A stretch of DNA of 64,000 bases, taken from the NCBI GenBank assembly GCA_947444925.1, contig CANFBW010000010.1:3915-67914 (forward strand), in the 5' to 3' direction. Below are positions 8,340 through 18,780 of this stretch, one piece after another. The DNA comes from Flavobacteriales bacterium. GTDB taxonomy: Bacteria; Bacteroidota; Bacteroidia; Flavobacteriales_C; GCA-002722245. Under the pieces are notes generated by a model. That model was given only the letters and a program-made list of their open reading frames with translations. It was not told the DNA's origin and did not search any database. The first letter of the stretch is position 1. Every line of letters starts with the position of its first letter. A program made the translations under genes and the position numbers.

Positions 8340-9683
8340 ATGCAGTTTGAACACAACGAACAATTTTTAAAAGACCTTAAACAAGCGATACAAAATCAAT
8401 CGCTTGACGAAGTCAATACCCTAATCAGCGAACTGCATCCCGTTGACATCGCCGACATTACAACACGCTTGTCGTTGGAAGAAGTAAAATCTTTTTTCGA
8501 CATCGTGCCCGGCGAATTGATTTCAGAAACCATTGCGGAACTCGAGGAAGACGAAAGAGCAGGCTTGCTCAGCTCACTAACACCTGAACAAATTGCGCGC
8601 AAGGCCATTGATTATATGGAGTCGGACGACGCTGCCGATTTGATTATGGAATTGCCGAAGGACAAAAGAAGCAAGGTCATTGCTCTAATCGACGATGTTA
8701 AAAAAGCCAGCAACATTGTTGATCTGCTCAACTATCCCGACGATTCAGCTGGTGGCTTAATGGCCAAAGAATTGTTCAAAGTAAACATCCACTGGGATGT
8801 GATGGAATGCGTGCAAGAGCTCCGCAAACAGGCTGAACAAATAGAAACCATTCACACCGTATATGTGGTGGATGAAAACAATAAATTATTAGGAACGGTA
8901 TCGCTAAAAAGTTTGATACTAACTCCGTCAAACACCAAAATTGAAGATGTACTGAACAGAGAAATCATCTCGGTGAAGGCGCACACACAAAGTTCAGAAG
9001 TGGCGCAAATCATGGAGAAATATGACTTGGTAGTACTTCCTGTGGTTGACGATTTGAACCGACTAAAAGGCCGCATCACGATTGACGACGTGGTGGATTT
9101 GATTAAAGAAGAAGCCGAACGCGACTACCAAATGGCATCAGGACTCTCAGACACCGTTGAGTCACATGACTCCGTATGGCAAGTTACCAAAGCGCGTTTG
9201 CCTTGGTTGCTCATGGGCATGATTGGTGGCGTGGGCAGTGCGCACGTACTGTTGGGTTTTGATTTGTCGAAGCACCCCGAAATGGTGGTGTTTATTCCAC
9301 TGATTGGTGCGATGGGCGGCAACGTAGGTGTACAATCTTCGGCCATTGTGGTGCAAGGTTTAGCCAACAATTCCTTAAAAGGATCTATCGCGCAGCGCTT
9401 GGTGAAAGAAACAGGCATTGGACTTGTCAATGGTTTGGTATGTTCTGCTGTACTTTTTGCAGTAAATTTTCTTTCCGATTTTTCATCGCGCACGTGCATC
9501 ACCGTGAGTATTGCATTGTTGTCTGTCATCATATTCGCTGCAATATTGGGTACTTTCATTCCGCTTTTGCTCAATCGTTTCAAAGTCAATCCCGCGCTGG
9601 CCACCGGTCCCTTCATCACCACAACCAACGATATCTTTGGCTTGTTGCTGTACTTTTACATTGGACAAATGATTATTGGGTAG
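8340..9683 (+). CDS. mgtE: Magnesium transporter MgtE
   Basis: N-terminal domain (LHPVDIADI), two CBS domains, and a C-terminal TM domain containing GNVGVQSSAIVVQ and PFITTTNDIFGLLLYF. Confidence 0.92.
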   Translation: MQFEHNEQFLKDLKQAIQNQSLDEVNTLISELHPVDIADITTRLSLEEVKSFFDIVPGELISETIAELEEDERAGLLSSLTPEQIARKAIDYMESDDAADLIMELPKDKRSKVIALIDDVKKASNIVDLLNYPDDSAGGLMAKELFKVNIHWDVMECVQELRKQAEQIETIHTVYVVDENNKLLGTVSLKSLILTPSNTKIEDVLNREIISVKAHTQSSEVAQIMEKYDLVVLPVVDDLNRLKGRITIDDVVDLIKEEAERDYQMASGLSDTVESHDSVWQVTKARLPWLLMGMIGGVGSAHVLLGFDLSKHPEMVVFIPLIGAMGGNVGVQSSAIVVQGLANNSLKGSIAQRLVKETGIGLVNGLVCSAVLFAVNFLSDFSSRTCITVSIALLSVIIFAAILGTFIPLLLNRFKVNPALATGPFITTTNDIFGLLLYFYIGQMIIG

Positions 9684-9725
9684 TACTGTTTACAAACTCC
9701 ATTTTTTGATTTCAAAATAAGCGCC

Positions 9726-10127
9726 ATGAAACATTTAAAAAAAACACATTTCAGTGTAGGTGTTTTATCATTTTTAGCATTTTTAATCAGCGGCTTATAC
9801 ATGAACATCAATGTTGCGCATATTGCCGACAGTGACATTGCGACACGAATGATGTTTAGGGCAAACCACATTTACATTTTACTTGCGGCACTAATCAACT
9901 TATTTTTGAGTTTTACTTTTCGTGACGGACAACTGAGCAGCAAAATATTTTATTTTTCTTCTGCACTTGTCACGCTGGCAACACTAACTTTGAACCTTTC
10001 CTTTTACGTTGACCCCATCACAAAAAGTATTGAACACCGTGAATTGAGTGCCTATTCAATAGAAGTGCTTTTTGCGGGTTGCGCAATTCATTTATGGACA
10101 TTGTGGCGCCATGAAAAGAAAAATTAA
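9726..10127 (+). CDS. Hypothetical membrane protein
   Basis: 133 aa with about 4 predicted TM helices. No family recognised. Confidence 0.5.
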   Translation: MKHLKKTHFSVGVLSFLAFLISGLYMNINVAHIADSDIATRMMFRANHIYILLAALINLFLSFTFRDGQLSSKIFYFSSALVTLATLTLNLSFYVDPITKSIEHRELSAYSIEVLFAGCAIHLWTLWRHEKKN

Positions 10128-10140
10128 AACAAGTGCTGTA

Positions 10141-10506
10141 CTACGGCATTCGCAACACCTTCAAAATCAATATTGACAAAACAACGCCAAGCGCATCAGC
10201 AGCGATATCGAGCAGCTCAAAAGCTCTGCCGAGTTGCATCAATTCCTGCAAAATCTCAATCAATACTCCGTATGAAAAACAAAAGATTGCAGCACTTTTT
10301 TTAGCATTCTGCTGCAAAAATAAAATTGTATTTTGTTTGCTAAAACCACGAACCCAAGCGACAGTGAGCGAGGCAAATAAAAAAACATGAATGTATTTGT
10401 CGAAATAAGGAAGGCGCGGTGGATGTGTGCCACCCAAGGGTATTAAACAAACAAATGCTACCGCAAGCGATAGCATTATGCCTATATAATTGTATTTTAA
10501 AAACAC
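10141..10506 (-). CDS. VanZ-family membrane protein
   Basis: DKYIHVFLFASL....YGVLIEILQE....R.FELLDIAADALGV matches the VanZ-like pattern. Confidence 0.65.
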   Translation of the reverse strand: MFLKYNYIGIMLSLAVAFVCLIPLGGTHPPRLPYFDKYIHVFLFASLTVAWVRGFSKQNTILFLQQNAKKSAAIFCFSYGVLIEILQELMQLGRAFELLDIAADALGVVLSILILKVLRMP

Positions 10507-10512
10507 AAGAAA

Positions 10513-10893
10513 CTAATGTCCGATCAATGCTTTGTACGCATCTGCCGATAGCAATTCTGACAATTGCGAAGCGTCAGTAATTTTAACTTTGATCATCCAC
10601 CCTTTTCCGTAAGGATCGTTGTTCACCGATTCAGGAGCGCCATCAATATCTTTGTTCATCTCTATAATTTCACCGCTGACAGGCATAAACAAATCAGAAA
10701 CTGTTTTTACCGCTTCAACGGTGCCAAACACTTCTTCCTGTGCCAATGTTTCACCAACCGTTTCAATTTCTACATAAACGATGTCACCCAACTCACTTTG
10801 CGCGAAATCGGTGATGCCAATGGTGGCAATGTCTCCGTCGATTTTGATCCATTCGTGATCTTTGGTGTATTTTAATTCTGAAGGAATATTCAT
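10513..10893 (-). CDS. gcvH: Glycine cleavage system H protein
   Basis: [36 protein letters not shown] and the lipoyl-lysine motif [18 protein letters not shown]. Confidence 0.93.
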   Translation of the reverse strand: MNIPSELKYTKDHEWIKIDGDIATIGITDFAQSELGDIVYVEIETVGETLAQEEVFGTVEAVKTVSDLFMPVSGEIIEMNKDIDGAPESVNNDPYGKGWMIKVKITDASQLSELLSADAYKALIGH

Positions 10894-10959
10894 GGCTAAT
10901 TTTTTAAGTGCCGCAAACTTACATCATTCGTGAATAATTCACAAAAACTTAGGTCACTA

Positions 10960-13900
10960 TTATAGCGTGTAACGCAAACTGATTCCGCCGTTGGAAGTTG
11001 ACGATGGAAAAGAAAGCGAGTTGGCAGGTGTGTTAAACACCACATCATAAAATACGCGCAAGTTCAATTTGTCGCTGAGCACGTAATCGGCAACGCTTTT
11101 AACGCTCACGATGTTTGTTCCATTTTGAACAATAGAACCCCCATCGATCGTACGCAAAATGGTTTTGCTTTGCGTCACCGTTAGGTCGACACGCAGATCC
11201 AAATTGCTCTTTATTTTTTTTCCCATCACGAGAATAGGGAAACGCACATCTTTTATCTTATACCCTGTTCCAGCAGTGATGCCAAAATTTGACACTTCCG
11301 ACACAGATAACCCCGTTAAATTCAATTGCACGGTTCTTGTTTTCTTCAATTCAAATTTCGCAATCCAACTACTCTTCAAAGTAGCGTCAACTTTAACAAG
11401 CGGACTCAAACTCTCGGACATTACGATCGAAGCATAATTGTACTTCGATACAAAATTTCCCGATTGTCCAACAGTATCGGCTTTAGTTGTGTAGCCAAAC
11501 CCATCGTCTTCAAAAGACAGATTTTTAGAAAATCCCTGATTGAGGGTTGATGTGTACGAATGGCTCATTGTAAAAGACTGGAAATACTTGGCTACAAAAG
11601 GAATTTTCATCATTCCATCGTAATTCAATTTCCAGTTCGGCAAAGGTATTTTAGGCATTGTTACCATAGGCGATGAAACTGCATTTCCACCCGTGTATGC
11701 CGTAATGAAAGATTGCACCAATACATCGGTTTGGGTTCGTCCGTAGCCAGTTGGAAAACCGCCGGTCGTGCTCGGATTGTAATTCGGATCAGCATTGTGC
11801 TGATCGGCAGCCAATCGAGAGGCAATACCTGCGCGACTGTTCAAAAATGCCGTGTACACAACCGATGCATTGTCGGTATTTCCAAACTCAAATGCCGATC
11901 CCAAAGTAATGGTTGTAATGCTGAAAGTGTACGTTGCCGTAGACGAAAAATTACTAACGTTCTGCTGCGCATCGACGCGATAAATAAATGACGAGTCTTT
12001 GCTGAAAGCGCGCGTTCCCGTTAGCTCAATGCGCATTTTGGGGATGGGTTCCATCGTAGCGCGCACGCTAAGGTTTTCGCTGTGCGATCGCGAGTACCGT
12101 GTATTGAGTTGTTGTGAATTGGTGGTGAGCCAACCTTCGCGCGCCGCCTTCGACAAAATATCGCCTTGCCCGCCAAACAAGAAATCGGCTCCCGGCGAAT
12201 TCCGATCAAAGTCCATTCCCACCAAACGCGTATTGGGCACATAACCCGGCAAGAAAGTGCCATTGTTTTCAGAATACGTAAACGAAGCATTGCGCAACAG
12301 CATCACCAAACGCAAAGCAGAATTCACCAAATTCAAAGGTTCAAAAACAACTTTCTTTTTAGTGCTGTCGGTAGCAGCAGGCTTCGGCTTATTGCCTGCT
12401 TCATTGTTGATTTTTTTGAGATAAGGAATTTTATTATAGAAAGAAACAAGATTGAAATTCGCCGTCAGCTGCTCCGTATTGCTATTGGAAATAGTATTGT
12501 TGATCGACTCAAAAGAAAGAGGTGCCGCTTGCCAGTCAACCTTCGCTGTGTACTTAGCGTTGGCGGTGATCCAATCGGTAAATGGAATTTTTTTCAATGG
12601 CAACTCATAACCAAAATCCATAGTTTGAGAGAAGTTGGTGTTGCGTCCAAAATTTTTAAGATTGGTAACCAAAGTATCTTGTTTCACTTTGGTGTCGATA
12701 CGACCTTGCGGCTCATCGATACGCGCTCTATTTACCGCAGCATACTTGAACTTTATGGCCTTGCTAAGGTCCCAACTCACATCGTAATTTCTATCCCAAT
12801 AAAAGTTTTTATTGAACACTGGCGCAATCAATAAAACTGCGTCGGAATTATTGCGAACAATACTTTCGTTATACAAACGATTCCAGTCGCTGCGCACTGC
12901 AATTCGCGAAGGCATCAAATAAAAATTAAATTCACGACCAATTTTATTGTACGGCGACTGCATCAAACCCTTTGCTGCTTTTGTGAAAGCAGCCTTTTTA
13001 TCCTGCACCTTCTTCATTTCTTTTTCCAATTTCGACAATTCAGCGGTCGCAGTTTTCTGCTTGCGCAAACGATCGATTTCTTCCTGCATCCTGCTCACCT
13101 TTTCCTCATAGCTTTCCTCTCTCACCTTCTTAAAAAATCCAACAATGGGGCTTTGAATAAAGGGCTGAAAATTTTTCGGCTGTATCGTATAATTGTAATT
13201 CAACGCACCTTTGTAGGTTTGTAAAACATTGTACCGTGTATTCACATCACTCTTAAATGTTTCATTAAAAGCATAGGTTGCGTCAAAGTTCTCAATGTCA
13301 TATGGCATTGGTTTCGCAGTAGAAGTACTGCTTCTATTTTTTCGCACATTTGATAAATTCAAACTCTTTCGGCGCTGGTAGGTTTGCGCGCTGTCTTGCA
13401 CTTTTCGGCGTACGTCGGGACTCAATGATGTCATGAGCACATCTTGGTCAAGCGGACTGAATTGCTGGTTTTGAAAAGTCTCAGAATAACCCAAATAAAC
13501 AGGAATAGAAACATTGTACTTCGCAGGAATCAACTTACCCAATTCTAAACTCGCCAAGGCATCGTACATTTGATAATATTCTTTTTTTCGCGCCGCAACT
13601 TTATCGGTAATGTTACCCCATCCTGGCGTGTACATTTTACCGGTTACAGAAAGGTTGGCAAAGTCGGCTAATTTCATACTCGCCGTAGCCGTAGCCGCCC
13701 ATCCGCTTTGGTCGTTAAAACAAGACAAACGCAATTCGTTCGCCCAAACACCCAAAGATCTTTTTACACCAGGATCACCGTTGTTGCGCACCCCAATCAT
13801 GATCACTTTAATAGAAGACATCGTTGGAGAACCTTTCACATAAACGTTGTTTTTTCCGTGCACCACTCGATAGCGCTGCGATTTAAAGAAGTTCGCAGGA

Positions 13901-16900
13901 TCAGCGGCCAAGGCCTCATTGCGCTCTAACTTCGCCTCGGTAAGCAAGGACAAATCAAAGTCAAAGGAATTTTGCGACGGCCAAATCGCAGCAATAGCCG
14001 CTTCTCTATTGTTGATGTCGATAGGACCTTCGGTAAATTTCATTGGAATTTCATACTCGTAGTAATTGTCATCGAAGTCAGAACCCATTCTCAAAAAAAC
14101 ACTCATTTTATTGTTGTAGTCTTCCGCCGCATTTCCTTTTTTTTCAGCGTGCACAAACATTTTCAAGCAGTTGTATGCGCGCATGTCGATGGTAGTGTTT
14201 TTAAACGCAGCTCGAGAATCGCAGCCATCTAAATCATCAATATTCAAGTACAATGCCTGCTCGTTCATATTCGCTTGCGTTTGCACATTGTACACCCTTT
14301 CCACTGGTGGTACATATGGAATAGGATCCTTCTGACTGTCTTCTTCCACGTTGATTGATGTCACTACAAACTGAGTATTGTTGTCGTTGGCCACAAACTC
14401 ACATTCACCCTTCATTTGGTTTTCGTACTTTCTCCATGTTTCACGCACCAAGTCAATTTTTCCAAAACGCAAAATCACTGGTTTACTCCAACCTTTCAAT
14501 AAAATACGGATATAACGCATTGACCTAAAATCCTGAATAGAACCAATAGCGCGCTCAGGCTTACGAATGGGAATGCGAAAATGAATCCATCTCGACTTTA
14601 CGTTATTCTTACCATATCCATTGATCGTCCCAACGCTGGGACTCACAATGTTGTTGATGTAGTTGCGGCCTGCCTCTTGATCCACCAATTGCAAATCGTT
14701 CGGGCGCAATGAAATGTGGTATTGGTAATAACTTTCTCCCTCATTTAGTGTGTTGTCTCTATTAAGATCTTCAATATCGGGAATCGTTGTTGCCGATGCC
14801 AAGTACGCCGAATTGGTACTCGCAGGTGAGTTACCGTGCACGCCACTAAAATCTTTGTATCGCTCAATTACCTTTGATTGTGCAGAATTGAATGATTCAT
14901 CACGGTAGTGTTTAAAGTTGTCGGCCGACGGGTCATCGGCAATCGACTGCGGTATCGCGCCAAATGCACCATTGTAATAATTCAGATATTTATTGAAAAA
15001 CACTTTCTCTCTATCGTCCGTCAAGCCATCATAACCCACATCTTGAAAAGGTCGAGTAGCAGGGTCATTGTTGAATGCATTTACGAGATTGAGCGAAGTG
15101 GGCACCAATCCCCAAGCGGTAGTGTCAACAGTAGAAAGATCTGTATTGTTGGTGGGCAAGCCATTTTCAAAGGATTTCCTGGAATCGCGTAAGACGTCTT
15201 CCGACAGATTTCCAATATGTATGATCATGTCTCCACCCTCTTGTGACCCATTAAAAATTTCATAATCCTTTTGCGCACCATCATCATCAAAAAAAGGATC
15301 AAGCATCCAGAATTCTAAAAACTCAATGTTGGAAAACTCGAAATCGGGCGTTTCAATTTTACGCATGATACCACCCCAGCGCGAATTGGGATCTTTCAAA
15401 GTACCGTTGGCATTGACACCCGCCGAATAAATACCGCCCACAGTATCAAAATTGTACTGACCACGTTCTTGCGGATAGTAGGCTAAATCAAGCGTAATCA
15501 AATTGGGTACAATTCCGTTTTGTCCTGATTTCTGCGGAAATACTTCTGTCTGATTGATAGGACGCACAAAGTTGTTGTTTTGCTGCGCCGCGTCATTTTT
15601 CAAGTAATCGGGTGTAAGTCCGCTATTGTCGCTAAACAAAGGATCAATATTGTACCACGACATCTTGGCGCGGTTGAAGCCATTTGCCAAGTCGTTAAGC
15701 AATCGTCCTTCGGGGAACATGCCGCTTTCTTCCAAGCCGTGTGGGGTTGAAGCCGGAAACCATGAAGTACGAACCGTTAATGTGGTGTTGCTTTCGGCGC
15801 CTTCAAAGTTGTCAATAAAAGACTCCCCTCTGCCACTGTTCACATTTTGTATGGCGGAAGATGTGCCAGGCAGAAGTTGCGCAAATTCACCGGTAACATC
15901 AATAGTTGACATTTCCTTGGTCGAGAGCAAAGGCAATTTATCAAGCACCTTAGTCACGAACGGCAAGTCTGTTCGGTATTTGGTATTTAATCCCCAAATG
16001 GTATTCGACATTGGTTCTTCGCCTATATCGACCTTCGATGTCAAAGGGCGTTCCGTTAAATTCATAATGGTACCACCCAAATTAAAATTGTCGGAAAATT
16101 TGTATTCAAGATGTGAGCCCAATAAATTTTTAGTTTGAATACTGAACAATGCGTTGGTTTCAAGCGAGACTTTTATGGGCGTTGAGGAATTTAAAATCCC
16201 TTCGTTGATGATCGTTACTTGTCCACCACTATAGTTCACCGTATAATCCTGATTTTCCACCAAACGCTTTCCACCGGCGGTAACCACAACAGATCCCTGA
16301 GGAATGTTCATTGAATTAAGGTTTATTACCGAAGATTGACTGCTTTCGTACTTCACCCAAAATTTAAAACGGTCTTTCGCCGGATATTTTGTTTGCGCCG
16401 CAATAGGCGTGACAGCGTACAAAGAGTCGAAACAATATTTATTGGCAAGAGCTGCATTGTTCAATTTTTTGCGCAAGTATTCTCCAAAAGGTTTGCGCAC
16501 AGGAAAGTAAATTCGGCCATTGGTCGCCTTAATGGTGAGGCCTTCGATAAAGTCGTAAAATCCATCAGAGATTTTATCTTGCTGAATATTCATTTGATCG
16601 GCGCCCATCAACTCTACCCAGCGCTTGGCTTTGTCGCCGCCCAAATCCACAAAGTTGATATCTTGATTAGAAGACGGATCGGTGTACAAAATCTGCATTT
16701 GAAATGTTTCGCCTTTGATGCCCGATTCTCCCAAAGAATAAACGTTCTTCATCATCAACTCCCAAGTGGGAAGATGCGTGTTGTTGACCGTGTTAGTTTT
16801 CAAGAGCTTGAGAAAAAGCGCCTGCGCACTATTGGTGATATCGTTGCTGAATTCACCCACTTGAAAAACTTCGGTTTTACCGGTAACAGTGTACTGAAAG

Positions 16901-18201
16901 GCAACCGCCAAAATTTCGTCGGCGTTCAACTGGCGATTCAAAGAGATGTATCCCAATTGCGGATGAAAAGTAAATTCATCAGATTTCAGCTTGCGTGCAT
17001 TTTCAATTTTATTAAAGTTTGCGCCTTCCACATAGCCCATTGCGCTTAAAGCTCCACTGGCATTGGTGAAACTTCGCACGTTGCCATTGGCCGTCACGTT
17101 TCCGTATAAATTATTTAAATTGTTGTAAGGATACAAACCTGAATTCACGAAGAGATTGGCATCAAAGGGAAGGTGTTCACCCAAATCTATGAAGCCCACA
17201 ATTTTTCGCGCTTCCTCATTGTTGTTGTTTCCAACGTTGGTAATCCACACTTCGACTCTGGTGAGCTGCACGGCTGAATTCACAAAAGGCAAAGCACTCA
17301 AAGCACTGTCATAACTCTCAGCAAAATACTGCGACAGAAAAAAATGCCGGTTGGCTTCGTACTGGTCGGCCTGAATTTTAAAATCGCGAATTTGCACGCC
17401 ACCACTGGTTTCAATACTTTTTGAATCACCCTTTTGCTGCGTAACGATAGAGGTTACATTGAGCTTGCCAAACTGCATTTCTGCCTTCACCCCAAACAAA
17501 CTCTGACTGCCCTGAATCAACTGCGTTTGCAATGGCAGACTGACATTACCAACTTCTATCTTTTTTACAATTTCATCTTCACTACCATTGTACTCCAACT
17601 TCATTTGATTTTCAAAATCAAAGGTCGATTCGGTGTTGTAACTCGTGGTAAGTTTCAATTTATCGCCTATCGTTCCAGTGATATTGAGCTGTATTTTTTG
17701 ATTGAACTGAAAATTGGTATTCGTCTGATTCCGCACTGGAATTGCAGGATTCTTTGTAGTTGAAGAGTTGAGTCCGAAAATCAACTCCGCAGAACCTGTG
17801 GGTTTGATTTCAACTTTATTGCTACCAAAGAGTCCATCGACCAAACCACCTTGGGGCAATTTAAGTTGGGGCAATAGCGACTTCTCTTTGTCGAAATTCT
17901 CTGCCTTCGCCTTCTCCTGAAAATACTTTTTTTCCGATTGCTTGTAGCGCTCGTCCCAGTATTGGTCAAAGGTCATTGTTTCTGTGCCCACCACCACATC
18001 ACCAATCTTTCGTACTTTTTTATACTTTTTAGTTTCGGCATCATAAGTCACCTCTTCCTTCACCGCCGCCGGATCATCGGTATAAGGTTGCGATACTTTA
18101 AATGCAGTATCCGCCTGAGCAACAATTTGCTCTGCACACAATACCTGCAGCAAGAGGATTACCGCCCAAAGAGGAAAGCTATTTTGAAAATATTTTTTCA
18201 C
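10960..18201 (-). CDS. sprA: Type IX secretion system translocon SprA (Sov)
   Basis: 2413-aa outer-membrane protein with a signal peptide (MKKYFQNSFPLWAVILLLQVLCAEQIVAQ). Size and sequence character match the giant SprA beta-barrel of gliding Bacteroidota. The GTG start sits directly after the ruvA stop. Confidence 0.85.
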   Translation of the reverse strand: MKKYFQNSFPLWAVILLLQVLCAEQIVAQADTAFKVSQPYTDDPAAVKEEVTYDAETKKYKKVRKIGDVVVGTETMTFDQYWDERYKQSEKKYFQEKAKAENFDKEKSLLPQLKLPQGGLVDGLFGSNKVEIKPTGSAELIFGLNSSTTKNPAIPVRNQTNTNFQFNQKIQLNITGTIGDKLKLTTSYNTESTFDFENQMKLEYNGSEDEIVKKIEVGNVSLPLQTQLIQGSQSLFGVKAEMQFGKLNVTSIVTQQKGDSKSIETSGGVQIRDFKIQADQYEANRHFFLSQYFAESYDSALSALPFVNSAVQLTRVEVWITNVGNNNNEEARKIVGFIDLGEHLPFDANLFVNSGLYPYNNLNNLYGNVTANGNVRSFTNASGALSAMGYVEGANFNKIENARKLKSDEFTFHPQLGYISLNRQLNADEILAVAFQYTVTGKTEVFQVGEFSNDITNSAQALFLKLLKTNTVNNTHLPTWELMMKNVYSLGESGIKGETFQMQILYTDPSSNQDINFVDLGGDKAKRWVELMGADQMNIQQDKISDGFYDFIEGLTIKATNGRIYFPVRKPFGEYLRKKLNNAALANKYCFDSLYAVTPIAAQTKYPAKDRFKFWVKYESSQSSVINLNSMNIPQGSVVVTAGGKRLVENQDYTVNYSGGQVTIINEGILNSSTPIKVSLETNALFSIQTKNLLGSHLEYKFSDNFNLGGTIMNLTERPLTSKVDIGEEPMSNTIWGLNTKYRTDLPFVTKVLDKLPLLSTKEMSTIDVTGEFAQLLPGTSSAIQNVNSGRGESFIDNFEGAESNTTLTVRTSWFPASTPHGLEESGMFPEGRLLNDLANGFNRAKMSWYNIDPLFSDNSGLTPDYLKNDAAQQNNNFVRPINQTEVFPQKSGQNGIVPNLITLDLAYYPQERGQYNFDTVGGIYSAGVNANGTLKDPNSRWGGIMRKIETPDFEFSNIEFLEFWMLDPFFDDDGAQKDYEIFNGSQEGGDMIIHIGNLSEDVLRDSRKSFENGLPTNNTDLSTVDTTAWGLVPTSLNLVNAFNNDPATRPFQDVGYDGLTDDREKVFFNKYLNYYNGAFGAIPQSIADDPSADNFKHYRDESFNSAQSKVIERYKDFSGVHGNSPASTNSAYLASATTIPDIEDLNRDNTLNEGESYYQYHISLRPNDLQLVDQEAGRNYINNIVSPSVGTINGYGKNNVKSRWIHFRIPIRKPERAIGSIQDFRSMRYIRILLKGWSKPVILRFGKIDLVRETWRKYENQMKGECEFVANDNNTQFVVTSINVEEDSQKDPIPYVPPVERVYNVQTQANMNEQALYLNIDDLDGCDSRAAFKNTTIDMRAYNCLKMFVHAEKKGNAAEDYNNKMSVFLRMGSDFDDNYYEYEIPMKFTEGPIDINNREAAIAAIWPSQNSFDFDLSLLTEAKLERNEALAADPANFFKSQRYRVVHGKNNVYVKGSPTMSSIKVIMIGVRNNGDPGVKRSLGVWANELRLSCFNDQSGWAATATASMKLADFANLSVTGKMYTPGWGNITDKVAARKKEYYQMYDALASLELGKLIPAKYNVSIPVYLGYSETFQNQQFSPLDQDVLMTSLSPDVRRKVQDSAQTYQRRKSLNLSNVRKNRSSTSTAKPMPYDIENFDATYAFNETFKSDVNTRYNVLQTYKGALNYNYTIQPKNFQPFIQSPIVGFFKKVREESYEEKVSRMQEEIDRLRKQKTATAELSKLEKEMKKVQDKKAAFTKAAKGLMQSPYNKIGREFNFYLMPSRIAVRSDWNRLYNESIVRNNSDAVLLIAPVFNKNFYWDRNYDVSWDLSKAIKFKYAAVNRARIDEPQGRIDTKVKQDTLVTNLKNFGRNTNFSQTMDFGYELPLKKIPFTDWITANAKYTAKVDWQAAPLSFESINNTISNSNTEQLTANFNLVSFYNKIPYLKKINNEAGNKPKPAATDSTKKKVVFEPLNLVNSALRLVMLLRNASFTYSENNGTFLPGYVPNTRLVGMDFDRNSPGADFLFGGQGDILSKAAREGWLTTNSQQLNTRYSRSHSENLSVRATMEPIPKMRIELTGTRAFSKDSSFIYRVDAQQNVSNFSSTATYTFSITTITLGSAFEFGNTDNASVVYTAFLNSRAGIASRLAADQHNADPNYNPSTTGGFPTGYGRTQTDVLVQSFITAYTGGNAVSSPMVTMPKIPLPNWKLNYDGMMKIPFVAKYFQSFTMSHSYTSTLNQGFSKNLSFEDDGFGYTTKADTVGQSGNFVSKYNYASIVMSESLSPLVKVDATLKSSWIAKFELKKTRTVQLNLTGLSVSEVSNFGITAGTGYKIKDVRFPILVMGKKIKSNLDLRVDLTVTQSKTILRTIDGGSIVQNGTNIVSVKSVADYVLSDKLNLRVFYDVVFNTPANSLSFPSSTSNGGISLRYTL

Positions 18202-18780
18202 TTACAAATTCTTAAGAGCCAGTTTAACTAGCTCCTCAACGCTGTAATTAGGATTATCTGTTATTAATTTTTGCAAAACCTTTTCTACCCCGATTTTGTT
18301 GAAGCCCAACATAATCAGCGCGGATAACGCTTCATCTCTGCTGGTATTGTGCGCTGCAGAAAAAACGGAACCTTCGCTTTGCTTGCTAACCTTACCTTTC
18401 AACTCCAAAATAATGCGTTGTGCTGTTTTTTCTCCAATGCCTTTGATGGCTTTTAAGCTGTTCACATCGGACACAGCAATGGCTCCCTCTATTCGATCGG
18501 GATCCATCGACGACAATATCAATCGCGCCGTATTCGCGCCAACACCCGACACCGAAATCAATTGGCGAAACAATTGTCTTTCTGATTCGCTAATGAAACC
18601 ATACAAAGTATGCGCATCTTCCTTGATAGAAAGGTGGGTCAATAATTTACAATGTTCATCCTTCCCCAACTTGTCATACGTAAAAAGCGAAATGTGGACA
18701 AAATAGCCCACACCACCGCATTCAATCACCACCGAAGTGGGTGTTTTTTCAACGAGTTTCCCCGATAAATGATGAATCAT
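18202..18780 (-). CDS. ruvA: Holliday junction branch migration complex subunit RuvA
   Basis: [26 protein letters not shown], plus HhH motifs LISVSGVGANTARLIL and LKAIKGIGEKTAQRIILEL. Confidence 0.92.
   Translation of the reverse strand: MIHHLSGKLVEKTPTSVVIECGGVGYFVHISLFTYDKLGKDEHCKLLTHLSIKEDAHTLYGFISESERQLFRQLISVSGVGANTARLILSSMDPDRIEGAIAVSDVNSLKAIKGIGEKTAQRIILELKGKVSKQSEGSVFSAAHNTSRDEALSALIMLGFNKIGVEKVLQKLITDNPNYSVEELVKLALKNL

Noticed and set aside
11159-17763. Many plus-strand ORFs inside sprA (for example 12166..12834 at 222 aa, 16336..17049 at 237 aa, 15626..16138 at 170 aa)
   Set aside because: They are antisense shadow ORFs within a continuous 2413-aa gene that has clear SprA character. 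Their translations are low-complexity and rich in R, I, F and K, with no recognisable motifs.
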